Origin: Octopus bimaculoides
Taxonomy: Eukaryota
Reading direction: 5' to 3'
DNA: 63,701 nt
NCBI RefSeq assembly: GCF_001194135.2
Contig: NC_069004.1
Span: 12,603,701-12,667,401 of the forward strand
A program made the translations under genes and the position numbers. Shown here in pieces: positions 26,114 through 39,430 of this stretch (positions are counted from its first letter, which is position 1; every line of letters begins with the position of its first letter). The notes beneath the pieces were generated by a model, which searched no databases, had not been told where the DNA came from, and was given only the letters and a program-made list of their open reading frames with translations.

Positions 26114-26992
26114 ACGAATTAATTATTATTATTATTATTACTATTCTTCTAATTATTATTCTTATTTTTATTATTATTAATGCAATGAGCTGTCAAAATT
26201 GTTAGCATGCAGGGTATGCATTGCCCCTCCGATGCCATTTTTTTAATTGTTGTTGTTGTTGTTATAATAATAATAATAATAATAATAACAATAATAATAA
26301 TAATAATAATAATAGCAGCAAGCTGACAGAATCATTAGTGCACCAAGGAAAGCGCTTAGTGGCATTTCTTCCGACTTTACATTCTGAATTCAAATGTTGC
26401 CAGGGTCAACTTTGCTTTCCATCTTTTCAGAGTCAATAAAATAAGTACCAGTTGAATACTGGGGTCAATGTCATTGACTTAACCCCCTCATTTAAATGAC
26501 TAGCCCTGTGTCAAAATTTGAAACTATTATTATTGTCGTCACTATTGTTTTTGTTGTTGTTTGTTGTTTTCGTAAGAGATAAAATCAAAGACAATCCTCT
26601 CTCTAAAGATATCAAAAAACAGAAAACTAAAAAGTCTATGAATGCCAGTGTCAATGGCAGATCTTATCTCCAGATTTTGAAATACTAAACAAATGACTAA
26701 CAACAAATATGTTTTCTAGATAAACTTGAGATGTCTGTCCCTCTTCTATTAAAGCAGACTGAGGCATTTTAAACTCCTGCAGTACGATATGAACTTATAA
26801 TTCATCAACACACAATAACTTGGGTTTCAGCAATAATTAGCCTTGGGCTAACTTTAAAAATTACTGCAACCAAGTGAGGTCTTTTAAGTCATATTCTGGA
26901 ACACCTAGATCACTCAAGTAGGGAGTTATTGTTTACCAAAATATCTTCAGGTGTTGGTGGTTTATCTAGTAATTCTTGCACTTCATATTTGA

Positions 26993-27074
26993 GGCTCTGA
27001 TGAAGCTGTAAGGTGTTTACTCAGGCACTTAACTATGTGTCCACTGCATCTTATAGCAGAAACGGCTGTAAGCT
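26993..27074 (+). ncRNA. Type I hammerhead ribozyme motif, family B copy 2
   Basis: GGCT-CTGATGA-A-GCTGTAAG-[37 nt]-CTTATAGC-A-GAA-ACGGCTGT-A-AGCT. Homology to copy 1 extends about 20 nt upstream and 50 nt downstream. Confidence 0.7.
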
Positions 27075-27254
27075 AATGAAGTTCATAAGATAATCATTTA
27101 TCTCTTTGTCATCTCATTTTCTTGATGATGATTCCTGAGAGAATTAGGTACTTAAATAATATGCACCAGGTAGGATTATACACACACACGCCATCAACAT
27201 TCAGCGAGCACGGCAGCAGTTTCATAGTCATCAAACAATGATAATCCAACTCAC

Positions 27255-27334
27255 CTTAATGTCTCGATGAGCAATATCCATAGAATGTAGATGATCGATA
27301 GCAGTAGCAATATCTCTGATGATGGCAGCAGCTT
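27255..27334 (-). CDS. MAPKAPK2: MAPKAP kinase 2/3, exon 4-equivalent (80 nt): EAAAIIRDIATAIDHLHSMDIAHRDIK
   Basis: ttgtag acceptor, gtgagt donor, catalytic HRDxK motif. Confidence 0.97.
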
Positions 27335-27629
27335 CTACAAAAACAAACAATATTTCTCTTAAATATAAATGCTTAAACACAATAAATATATGCATGCAGT
27401 GGATAAAAGTACATACACACACACATACATAGAGGGTGTGGTGAATAAACTGTTGTTTAAATTTCGCAAAAATGAAAAATAACACTGACATCTCATTTTA
27501 ACAGATATATTTACCAAGATTACATAAAAAATATCTTGAAATATTAAGGAGTAAATCTATTCAATAAAATTGCCATTGGCTTCAACCACGGCCTCCAGAT
27601 GACTTCAGAATCTCCAGGACAAACATATT

Positions 27630-27900
27630 CTGAACCAAACATTTTTGAGAATGGAACAAGTTTAGAAGTCATTGATACCTTTGTTTACCTTGGAAGTAAA
27701 CTGTCAAGAGATGGTGGTCTTGAACAGAGATATACTATCGAATAGGGAAGGGAAGTGTTGCATTTGGAAATCGTAAAAAGCAAGTATGGCGGATAAAGGT
27801 ATTTTCCTGCAGACAAAAATCAGTGTCTATAAAGCATGTACTTCTTTATTCACGTGAGACAAGGACAACTTACAAGTGTTGTATAAAAATGCTGGAGAGA
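27630..27900 (+). mobile_element. Decayed RTE-clade LINE fragment (region C-terminal to the RT core)
   Basis: LEVIDTFVYLGSKLSRDGGL matches the L..V..F.YLGS...DG motif; downstream frames are broken. Confidence 0.65.
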
Positions 27901-29131
27901 TTGTTACACTAGTGGCACATTGTAACTAGTGTTATACCAAGTGTAATAAGTGGGTGCGGGTAAAAGGGGGGGGATTAAAGGCACATGACTCAGTTGTTAG
28001 AGTGCTGGGCTCACAATCAGGAGGTGTGAGCTTGATTCCCAGATCGGGCTGTGTGTTGTGTTTTTGAGCATGGCACTTTTTTGCTCAAGGTGCCATACAA
28101 TGGGACTGAACCCAGACCATGTGGTTGGGAAGCACACTTCTTACCACACACAATCCCACTTGATAAATGACTATCATGGTGCTAGTTCTATCTCATTCAT
28201 GGCGAAATCACCACACCCTCACTCACATTACAACAGAACCAGTCCTGTAACACTTGGTTCTTGTTAAATAAATTAATACATCCTCTACTTAATGTACTGG
28301 GCCTGTTGCTTTAATCATTAAATCATCAACATCCTGGGGCATCTACCACCTTCAGGAGTTTAGTCACTTAACACGAGGACATACTGTATTGTTCTTTATT
28401 CACAAAGTTATGTTGTTTGTAAACCTATTAATCATTCATTGAAGTGTTGTTTGCGCATCTAAAATTTCACTCATTCCACACATATTTGAAATTGTAGTGA
28501 ATAAAATGTCCACTTGATAAATAAACCTTCACTCATGAGTACATCAAAACCAATGTCTCACCATTCAGCTGTGTCCTCTCTATCCCTTGTGTCTATCTAA
28601 TATTACAACAGTCTCTGCCCCTTCTCAATCCATCACTAAACACTTTCTCTGCATCTTTCTAGAACAACCTCCTTCCCTATATCCCCCCCCCCCACTAAAC
28701 AACTCACTTTCAAAAGATTTAACTCAGTGGTTCTCAACCAGGGTCCATATAAGATTTTACTGTTAAAATTAATCTGCAATAAAATTGGTTATACTTCTAC
28801 AATGCACAAAGTATTTTAACAATTTTTTTTTATATAAAATTCCTAATAATATTTAATTATAAAAATATATGATTTTGTTTTAAATGGAGGTCCAGTGGAG
28901 TAGAATAGGAATCAATGGGGTCTGTAGGCAAAAATCCCACTGTTGTTTCCCAGTGTAGAAGGTTCAGGAAAACCTTCACACATTGACCATTCTCAATAGA
29001 TTCTAAATATTTGAAGACAGCTCTTCTTTACTATATTAAATTATGAAGAGGTCAAGAAAGGCTGAACACCTCACACTTGCTAGGTATAGTTTAAAGAAAC
29101 ACTCAATCCATTAGGAATAGGGATTCCTTAC

Positions 29132-29196
29132 CTTGTTCAGTAAATGCTGAATGTGTTCTTTCTTGGATTCTAGTAAATAATTCTCCACCTTTCATA
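29132..29196 (-). CDS. MAPKAPK2: MAPKAP kinase 2/3, exon 3-equivalent (65 nt): (C)MKGGELFTRIQERTHSAFTEQ(E)
   Basis: ttgcag acceptor, gtaagg donor, phase 2 to phase 1 as required; GGELF.RIQ.R...FTE motif. Confidence 0.96.
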
Positions 29197-29380
29197 CTGC
29201 AATAGAAGAAGAAAAGTATTGAAGTTTATGTTAAATGTTGCTGGCATGAAGACTAAATCATTAATGTCTTGCTGACTAATTGACTGAAATTCCAGAATGT
29301 TCAAGGTTTCATTAGAAAATATAGTTAAAAGAAGATTAGTTCAAACATTAACGAAAACACAGGTCCATCTGGAATTGTAT

Positions 29381-29719
29381 ATGGCACACAGGCCAATAGG
29401 AATGATGGATGGCACACGGGGCCAATGAGAATAACATATGGCACACAGGGCCAATAGGAATTATGTAGCACACAAGGCCAGTAAGAATGACATGGCACAC
29501 AGGGCCAGTAAAAATGACATATGGCACACAAGGCTAATATAAATGACATATGGTAAACAAGGCCAATAAAAATGACATACAGCACACAGGGCTAATAGAA
29601 ATGACACATGACATACAGGGCCAATAGGAATGATATGGCACATAGGGCCTATAGGAATAACAAATGTCACACAGAGCCAATAGGAATGACAGGTATGGCA
29701 CACAGGGCCACTAGGAATC
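29381..29719. repeat. Minisatellite, 12 units of ~25-31 bp (atggcacacagggccaataggaatgac)
   Basis: Head-to-tail degenerate units with no unique spacers. Confidence 0.9.
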
Positions 29720-30847
29720 AGCTTTATGATCAGAACCATCTACAATCTCTTTCCTATTGTCCCAAACTCTAGGACAAATGGGAGAAAAGACTGTAAATAT
29801 AAGCTCTTCTTTGTACAGGGGTGGACAGACTGTAAGAGATAATGTGCAGTCGATGCTGTAAGGTTGTTCATTTGTAGACTTAAATAGTTGTAGGAAATTT
29901 GAAGTCAACGTAAAAGTAGTTCCAAAGAAAAATCAAAGGAAACATGCCCCACACCACCTTCTCTGACAATGCTACAGAATGGGAAATGGAAGTAAATTTG
30001 ATGGAATTTCAAGGAGAGAGTAGAAAGCAATGAGACACATTCCACATCTCAGATTATGTGAATAAAAATAGAACAGGACCGAACTATGTCATTTGACTCT
30101 CAGATTAATGAAGAATTCAAAGTGGTTGATTACAGTGGTTGGTTTCACAGTTGGCACAATTTGGGTTAGGCTGGGTTGCTCGTCTGAAGTAACAAGAATG
30201 AGAATATAAGTGGAGGGAATGATGAATAATCTGATCAGAACTTACATAATTAGGGGTTAGAGGCTGAATAAGTTTGAGAACCCTTTGGAGGAGGTGGCAG
30301 AAAATGCATTAACTCTATGTCTGTGACAGGATGTGAGAGAAAGAAATCAGTTTATTCTGAGAAATTCTATAAAACAGCAATAAATCCAGTGATTAACTAA
30401 AAGCACACAAATTCAAAATCACAATAAGGAACCTGTCTATGCATACCAGTAATAGCAGGAGAATGTCTGGAAGAATACCAAGAAGTTGAGAATGAAAAAA
30501 CTAATTTAGCAATCCCTTCTGCCAATCTTTCAGCTCTTCAAGTCCCACACAAGAAGTCTAAAGGCACTTCTTGTTTTATACAAATAGATGTTTTGATGAA
30601 AGCAGATTCTATTTAATATGCTAAATCACAATGTTTGGCTTAACATTGCCACAAAGTTAAATATTTAGAAATTAAATAACAGAAACATGACCAAGGAAAG
30701 TATAGCTGGACTATCCTAAACTATTTGCATTAGGAGAGTCACCTAAGTATGTAAATATGTATGTGGACACATCCTATGAATGTATCAGTTATTAACATTC
30801 AACATTAAGAAAAATTAATTAGCCATATTAACAGTATTCTTAACAGA

Positions 30848-30881
<34 letters not shown>

Positions 30882-31599
30882 CCTATAGAAAAAATAAAGT
30901 TAAGGTCTCAGTTTGCCATAACAGGATTTCAAATTCAGTTGTCAGACTTTTACCAACAATTAGAGATATCGGCAAAACTTAAGAACAGCTTCACAATATC
31001 CTAAAATCATTTTGGTTCCTGTTCAAGTTCTTAGTAAATAAGATATTTCCAGTGTGTCACATCCTTTTACTTGACAACACAACAGATTTAGGTGAACAAC
31101 AATCTAAAAATAAAATCTCTCCAGAGACCCAACCTACTAGACAGAGCAGATAGATGACCCTCAATTCACATTCTACTAACCTAAGCAAGATAAAAGGCAC
31201 CTGTAGGGTAGTAGGGATGTAGGCTTAGAATATTTGTGAAAGAACGACTGGAATATCTTTGAATTATAGTTCTGTGTTTAATGACGATCAACTTGAGAAT
31301 AAACAAGAACTGCGCCGCCGCCGCCGCCACCACCACCAACAACAACAACAACTAGCTTGGCTCAAAACAAACAAGACTACAAGTAATGCCTACAAATTCC
31401 ACCACCATTTCCCTTCTTAGCAGCAACACCAAAGACTATCAGGCACAACCATTCGCCACACTCAACACTATACACACACACACACACACACACACATACA
31501 CATACAAATACACACATATTTTTTTTTTTCATTTTATCTAGTTTCAGCTCATGAGCTGTGGCCATGCTGGGGCACCGCCATTAATGGTTAATATTCATC

Positions 31600-31910
31600 T
31601 GTCATTGTGGACGAGGGCCAAAGATATCACACAGGAGAAGAAGATGGGTCGTGGTGCATCCAGCTGTGGACAATCAGGTCGATGTATGCTCAGAAGGTTC
31701 TGCCACAGGTTGGGAACTGGTGGTCTGCTGGGAATGAAGGCAAGGAGCTGACTTTGGACTCGCACAGCTCACATTTTGTTCATGTTCCTGCAATTCTATT
31801 CTGTTCATAGGAAGTGACACCTCTGTTGGTGCAGCTATAGCAGGCAGGGCGGTTTTGTGCTTACTGAAAGCACTTCAGTGAGGCCTTGAGCGTATACAAA
31901 TACACACGTA
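31600..31910 (-). mobile_element. Decayed RTE-clade LINE 3' end
   Basis: Minus-strand FPTCGRTF*AYIDLIVHSWMH resembles the terminal CPxCGRxFxARIGLxSHxRTH zinc finger of RTE ORFs. Confidence 0.6.
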
Positions 31911-32349
31911 TACTGGTGTCACATCTGTGCTGGCACCACCATGTAAAAAGCTCCCATGCTGGTGCCACATAAAAAAAAGCACCCAGTAACTCTGTAAAGT
32001 GGTTGGCATTAGGAAGAGCATCCAGTTGTAGAAACCACATCTAAACAGACAAATGGAGCCTGGTGCAACTCTCTGGCTTGAAGGCTCCTTGTCAAATTCG
32101 CCAATTCATGTCAGCATGGAAAACAGATGTTAAATGATGATGATGATGATGATGATGATAGTGATGACAAGCTTCCACACCACACAGTTTCCGTTTACCA
32201 AATTCACTCACAGGGCATTGGTTGGCCCTGGGATATAGTAGAAGACATTTGCTCAAGGGGTTGTGCAGTGGGACTGAACCTGAAACCATGTGGATGCAAA
32301 GCAAGCTTTGAAAGTACACAGCTCTGCCTGCACCAGATAAACGTAAACC

Positions 32350-32386
32350 ACTAACACACACATACACGCACACACATACACGCATA

Positions 32387-32434
<48 letters not shown>

Positions 32435-32620
32435 TGTTCACACACAAGCATGCTCACATACTCACACACACAAACATACACTCACACACATGCACTCACA
32501 CACAGATACAGACACACAAACACACACACATACAAACACACACACACACACAGACACACAAACACTCACACATACATACATACACACATACATGCTCACA
32601 CGTGCAAACACACACACAGA
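32350..32620. repeat. Degenerate (CA)n tract
   Basis: Explains the HTHT and CVCV ORFs. Confidence 0.9.
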
Positions 32621-33399
32621 CATGCGCAGATATGTTAGTAGCCATTCTGGTCACCTGCCAATGCCAACACTTTTACTCTGAACTCCTGGATTATTTTCTA
32701 TCTTATTGTTGATAAAGGGAATCTTTCCCTAAATATAACAGAACCATTAAATAACCTTTGTAAGGTAATACAATATCTTGTTTTTGGTTTTGTTTCATTG
32801 GTATCACCTTACATACTCAGCTGAACTTCTCACCTGCATTGCTGAAAGGTCTACTTATAAATATTTATATTATCATAATAATAATAATTATTATTTTTAT
32901 TATTATTAATGTTATTATTATTAAGGTGAGCTGGCAGAATCGTTAGCATGTTGGGTAAAATGCTTATAGGCATTCGTCCATCTTTACGTTCTGAGTTCAA
33001 ATTCTGCCAAGGTCGACTTTGCCTGTCATCCTTTCAGGGTGGATGAAATAAGTACCAGTTACACACTGGTGTCGATGTAATTGATTTACCCCCTTCCGCA
33101 AAATTTCAGGCCTTGTGCATATAGTAGAAAGGATTATTATTATTATTATCATTATTACTATTATTATTATTATTATTAGAGTGAAGGCGCATGGCTCAGT
33201 GGTTAGAGCGTCGAGCTTACGATCGTGAGGTTGTGAGTTCGAATCCTGGACCGGGCTGCGTGTTGTGTCCTTTCACAGTTCATGAAATAAGTACTAGTTA
33301 TACACTGGAGCTGATGTATTCAACTCATCCCCTCCCCCAAAGTTTCAGGCCTTGTGCCTATAGTAGAAAGAACTATTATTATTATTATTATTATTAGAA

Positions 33400-33772
33400 A
33401 GCGAAATCGTCATGGCACCTGTGCCCAGCATCGCCTCCCTGGCACTTGTGCCGGATGGCATGTGTAACGACATTCGAGTGAGATCGTTGCCAGTGCCGCT
33501 GGACTGGCTCCTGTGCAGGTGGCATGTAAAATACACCATTTTGAGCATGGCCATTGCCAGTACCACCTGACTGGCCTTCGTGCCGGTGGCACGTAAAAGC
33601 ACCCACTACACTCTCGGAGTGGTTGGCGTTAGGAAGGGCATCTAGCTGTAGAAACTCTGCCAAATCAGATTGGAACCTGGTGTAGCCATCTGGTTTCACC
33701 AGTCCTCAGTCAAATCGTCCAACCCATGCTAGCATGGAAAGCGGACGTTAAACAATGATGATGATGATGATC
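33400..33772 (+). mobile_element. Young (GAT)n-tailed interspersed repeat (ggttggcgttaggaagggcatc family)
   Basis: Highly similar reverse-complement copies at 53522-53738 and 59335-59622; older copies at about 9060-9260, 15850-16120, 31920-32160, 44510-44790, 45425-45635 and 61270-61460. Confidence 0.85.
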
Positions 33773-34450
33773 ATCATCATCATCATCATCATTATTATTA
33801 TGTTGATGATGATAACGATGAGTATGTTAATAAAGTGCCTGACTGTCAACTATGTTTCTAGATTCAATCCTACCGTTTGGAATCTCAGGTAAGAATCTTC
33901 TATCAGAGAAATTATTCTAAGAGTGTGTGTGTAGTGTACGCATTTGTGTACTTGTGCTTTAGTAAATCAGTGTAAATATATAGTAGTAGTAGTAGTAGCT
34001 ACATCTCCAAAGGGACAGAACTCAATATGGTGAACTATGTCATTCACTGAATAGCTATCATGACTACAAATATATACATACAGATCAACAGACTGACGAA
34101 CAAACAGACAGACAGGAAGACTGATGGAGAAGACCAGTGAAGTGAATAATTAGTAGTACTTAAGTGTGTTTCCTGAGTTCAAATATCACAAGGATGAACT
34201 CCATATGTAATGTATATGTGTGTGTGTCTGTGTGTAATATATATGTTAAATATCAACATTATACTGTAGTCGTAGTAGTAGCAACAGCAGTTGTAGTGAT
34301 TATATAGGGCAAAACTTCAGGTTCAGCCATTTATAAAATGTATGCTACACAAAAGTAAAATGGAGAATATGTGGTAGTTCATGTTGCTAGTAATAGCAAC
34401 TAAATCTGTTTCAAATCCCTCCTATATAACATAAATAGAAGATATATCAG

Positions 34451-34516
<66 letters not shown>

Positions 34517-34587
34517 CATATACATACAAATATACATATATATACATATATACACACACACACATATATATATATATACACTTATAC

Positions 34588-34624
<37 letters not shown>

Positions 34625-35878
34625 TGTATATATATNNNNNNNNNNNNNNNNNNNNNNNNNNNNNNNNNNNNNNNNNNNNNNNNNNNNNNNNNNNNNNNNN
34701 NNNNNNNNNNNNNNNNNNNNNNNNNNNNNNNNNNNNNNNNNNNNNNNNNNNNNNNNNNNNNNNNNNNNNNNNNNNNNNNNNNNNNNNNNNNNNNNNNNNN
34801 NNNNNNNNNNNNNNNNNNNNNNNNNNNNNNNNNNNNNNNNNNNNNNNNNNNNNNNNNNNNNNNNNNNNNNNNNNNNNNNNNNNNNNNNNNNNNNNNNNNN
34901 NNNNNNNNNNNNNNNNNNNNNNNNNNNNNNNNNNNNNNNNNNNNNNNNNNNNNNNNNNNNNNNNNNNNNNNNNNNNNNNNNNNNNNNNNNNNNNNNNNNN
35001 NNNNNNNNNNNNNNNNNNNNNNNNNNNNNNNNNNNNNNNNNNNNNNNNNNNNNNNNNNNNNNNNNNNNNNNNNNNNNNNNNNNNNNNNNNNNNNNNNATA
35101 TGCATGTATGTATGTATCATCCCCATCATCATCATTTAATGTCAGTTTAAATGATGATGATCTTTTTATATACATATACATATATATAGAGAGAGAGAGA
35201 TGGGATGGCCACCCCTGGAAAGCTTTTGGTCATAGAGCTACTTGATTAGGACAGACCTGGGATTAAATAATGACAACCTTTCTTGCATAGTTGCAGGACC
35301 TACTAAAAATAGCAGCTAAATCTCCACAGCCTATCATTTTCAAAAAGGAATGTCAGAGCTCATACAACAACAACAATAAAGAACATGTCACCCTGCCAAA
35401 CAGTATTTAAAGATCCATGAAACACAAAATTCTTCTGTTGTATATGTTGTCTAAACTGTTTCCTTGGTTACACTGACATAACTATAATAATGGTTTCAAA
35501 TTCTGGCACAGAGCCAGCAATTTCTAGGGAGGGGTGAGTCGATTACATCAACCCAGTGCTCGACTGGTACTTATTTCATTGACCCTAAAAGGATGAAAAG
35601 CAAAGTCGGTCTTGGCAGAATTTGAACTCGGGACATAAACACGGATGAAATACCACTTATCATTTTGCCCTGCATATTAACGATTCTGTCAGCTTGCTGC
35701 CTTTGACATAACAAAATTAAGAAAAATAATAAAAACTTGCCTCCTTGGCATGGCCAGAATTATCAGGAAGGTATTAGGTAGTTGAAAAGAAGAGACAGCA
35801 TGATACCATACGATGCAGGTAGCAAGCCCACCAGGTATGCAAAACTCCAGGAGTGCCACTAAAACCCAACTTAAAGGA

Positions 35879-35911
<33 letters not shown>

Positions 35912-36104
35912 GTGGTGGTTTCAAATTTTGGAACAAGGGCAGAGGAGGGAGGGGGCAAGTGGATTACATCAATCCCCACCCCATATGTGTTCGACAAGTA
36001 CTTACTTCATCAACCCCTGAGGGGGAAAGGCAAAGTCAACCTCAGTGGAATTTGAACTCAGAACATAAAGATGGATGAAATGCTGCTAAGAACTTAGCCT
36101 GGCA

Positions 36105-36175
<71 letters not shown>

Positions 36176-36179
<4 letters not shown>

Positions 36180-37357
36180 CCAAGTAAGTAGTAATACCTA
36201 TCGGGCAGTATGCCAACACTACGATAGAGAAACTGAGAATAAATGGTATAAACATGTGCCAAACAAGGTACATGACAATGACCAAGCCACAGTCATCTGG
36301 GATATGCCTGTTCAAACTGGCAAAGGAATAAAAGCTAATCACCCAGACAATAATCAAGGATTGAGGAAAAAAAAAAAACGCCTACTTACTGATAGACATT
36401 GCAGTCCTTTCTAACCAAAATATGCTCAAAAAGAAGTAGAAAAATTGTCGAAGTACAAAGATCTCAAAACTGAAGCATTCAAGATGTGGGGCGTGAAGGT
36501 GAAAATAATACAGTAATAATTGGCACGTTGGATACAAAACATATGAATGAAAATGTAGAAGCTATATGTGGACTGTCTATGCTACAGACTATCCAACAAA
36601 TAAATCCTGCTAGGAACAGCCCACATCTTATGCAAGACACTATAATTATAATATTACAACCCAAATAAAACAATCCACAAACACAAGACATACTCTAATA
36701 CAGGGGTTTTCAAACTGTGGTCCGCGGACCACAGGGGGTCTGCAAGGACAAGACAAGGGGTCTGCAAGGACAAGACAAGGGGTCTGCAAGGACAAGACAA
36801 GGGGTCTGCAAGGACAAGACAAGGGGTCTGTGGACAGCAAATACTTTTTATGGGCAATTTGATTTTATATATGTTTTTTAATTGAAATCTTTTAATTGAC
36901 AATAAACCTATTTGTTAAATACTGTTAAATAAATAAATGTAAAAATATATATTATTTTAAGCAAATATTTATGTATAAATTTCATAAGTGTTTATAAGGG
37001 GGTCCCTAAGGTAAAGCCTGAAATATAAAGGTGTCCACAAGTCAAAAAGTTTGAAAACCCCTGATCTAATACAGTAAATATGCAATAAAATAAACAACTC
37101 TTTACATGAACTCTTTAGGTCGGACGCCCAGTAGAAGAAGACAACTCGCATTACACACACACAACACAAACACTAATACAACAAAAAATTGCAACCAGGC
37201 TGCATAGCAAAGCAAACTGATGCAATACAATACTGCAAAGAATTTGTACTCATCCAACAATAAAAAAACAAAAATACACAATGCTGCACACACCCCCAGC
37301 AATACGGAAGTGTAGCAGATAATGCAATAGAAATTTGCCTGAAACTATCAAATGTCA

Positions 37358-37360
<3 letters not shown>
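36176..37360 (+). mobile_element. R4/Dong-like non-LTR 3' fragment with 3' UTR, interrupted by a hAT MITE
   Basis: HDQV...WYKHVP...VIWDMPVQT...ANHPD...KEVEKLSKYKDL...MWGVKV..VIIGTL; microsatellite on the left, (AAT)n on the right. Extent of the 3' UTR is inferred. Confidence 0.75.
36701..37063. mobile_element. hAT-type MITE
   Basis: 16-bp perfect TIR CAGGGGTTTTCAAACT / AGTTTGAAAACCCCTG; 8-bp TSD CTCTAATA / ATCTAATA (7 of 8 match); four perfect 22-bp internal repeats at 36735-36822. Confidence 0.9.
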
Positions 37361-37412
<52 letters not shown>

Positions 37413-37523
37413 GTGGCGGGGGGCAGTTTCAGGCATTATCTGCTACACTTCCATATTGCTGGGCTGTGTCGAATAATAATGATGATGATGATTTCTTTAT
37501 TAACCATAAGGGTTTAGATGAAA

Positions 37524-39248
37524 ATGCCCTGATGCTGTACCAGGCAGTGGCTCTCATGGCTTTTGATCTTAACTGATTGGAAGTGTTATCATGTACATTG
37601 TTTTGTCTTGGTATAAAAGATGGGCTGCAGCAAATATTCTGCTTAATACCACAGATTTGCTTGTCAGTTGTTTGAGCATGTCCCTTAGAGGCTGATGAAT
37701 ATGTGCATCTCTGATCACGAGCAGAAGTAGTGGTGGGAGCCATGTGTCGAGAGGAATTCTTTTGGGTTTGAATAACTCACCTCTGGAAACACGGGTGTTT
37801 TGTGCATCATCTTTAAAACAAACCTTATACAGGGACCTTTTGAGCAGGATGGGTGACTTGACCTGAAGAAAATACTAACTGGGACCCATCTGCAAGGTCA
37901 TGCACTGTTTATCTTGATATGAGATCACAATGTCGCATACATATGGTTGTGATGCATGTGCCTGCTGTACCCTTATCAGATAGGCAGTCATGATGGGTAT
38001 ATTGGGTGTTGTATATTTATAGCCCAGTGTCACTGATGGCAAGCGCTGCTCTCTCACTCAATAATAATAATATAATATTCTGCTCAATGCCAAATAAAAA
38101 ATGGACTACAGCAAATATTCATCTCAATACCAGATTTTCTTGTCAGTTGTTTGATCCTAACCAGTTGAGCATGTCCTTTAGTGACTGATGATATGTGCAT
38201 CTCTGATCATGAGCAGAAGTAGTGGAGGAGCATCACAGCTGTGTGTTGAGAGGAATTCTTTGGGGTTTCAATAATTCACTTTTTGGAAACATGGGTGTTT
38301 TGTTCACCATCCTTAAATAACTCTTATTCAGAGACCTTTTGATCAGGATGGGCTACTCGACCTGAAGAGAATCCTAATTCAGCCCGACCTGCAAGGTCAT
38401 GTGCTGTTTGTCGTGAGATGAGATCACCACATCATGTACATATGATATGGTTGTGATGCATGTGCATGGTGTACCCTTACCAGATGACCAGGATGGGTGA
38501 CTTGACCTGAAGAAAATACTAACTGGGTCCCACCTGCAAGGTCATGCACTGTTTATCTTGATATGAGATCACAATGTCGCACACATATGGTTGTGATGCA
38601 TGTGCCTGCTGTACCCTTATCAGATAGGCAGTCATGATGGGTATATTGGGTTTTGTATATTTATAGCCCAGTGTCACTTTGATGGCATGCACTGCTTTCT
38701 CACTCAACAACAACAAAAACAACACATATCCTGATGCAGCACCAGGCACTGGCTCTCATGTTATCATGTACATGTTGTCTTGGTATAAAAGATGGGTTAC
38801 AGCAAATATTCTGCTCAATACCACAGATCTGCTTATCAGTTGTTTGACCGTCACTAGTTGAGTATATTCCTTCATGGCTGACAATATGTGCATCTCTGAT
38901 CACTAGCAGGAGTAGTGGGGGAGCACCATAGCCATGTGTTCAGAGGAATTTTGTTGGGTTTGAATAATTCACCTCCAGAAACATAGTTGTTTGTTCATCA
39001 TCCTTAAATGACCCTCATTCAGGAACTTTTTGAGTAGGATGGGCTACTTGACCTGAAGAAAATTCTCACTGGGCCCCACCTGCAAGATCAAGTGCTGTTT
39101 ATCTTGATATAAGGTCACCATGTCACACACACATGGTTGTGATGCATGTGCCTGGTGTGCCCTTATCAGACAGGTAGTCATGATGGGTATATTGGGCTTC
39201 ATATATTTGTAACCTAGTGTTGCTTTGATGGCATGCACTGCTCTCTCA
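37524..39248. repeat. Tandem cluster of about 3.5 copies of the ~600-bp repeat
   Basis: Copies at about 37524-38058, 38075-38480, 38490-38705 (partial) and 38727-39248, all in one orientation and homologous to 18609-19566. Confidence 0.85.
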
Positions 39249-39395
39249 ATAATGATGATGATGATGATGATGACGCCGATGATGATTTCAAATCTTGACC
39301 AGCAAGTTTGGGGAACAGGTTAAGTCAATTACATTGACCCTTGACTTTTATTCCTGATATAAATGTTGGCTTTCTCATTGGTAATACTTTTTTCC

Positions 39396-39429
<34 letters not shown>

Positions 39430-39430
39430 G

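Noticed and set aside
29381-29719. CRISPR-like array
   Set aside because: Units are contiguous and degenerate with no unique spacers, no cas genes, and the host is an animal. The same applies to 36735-36830 and 24870-25030.
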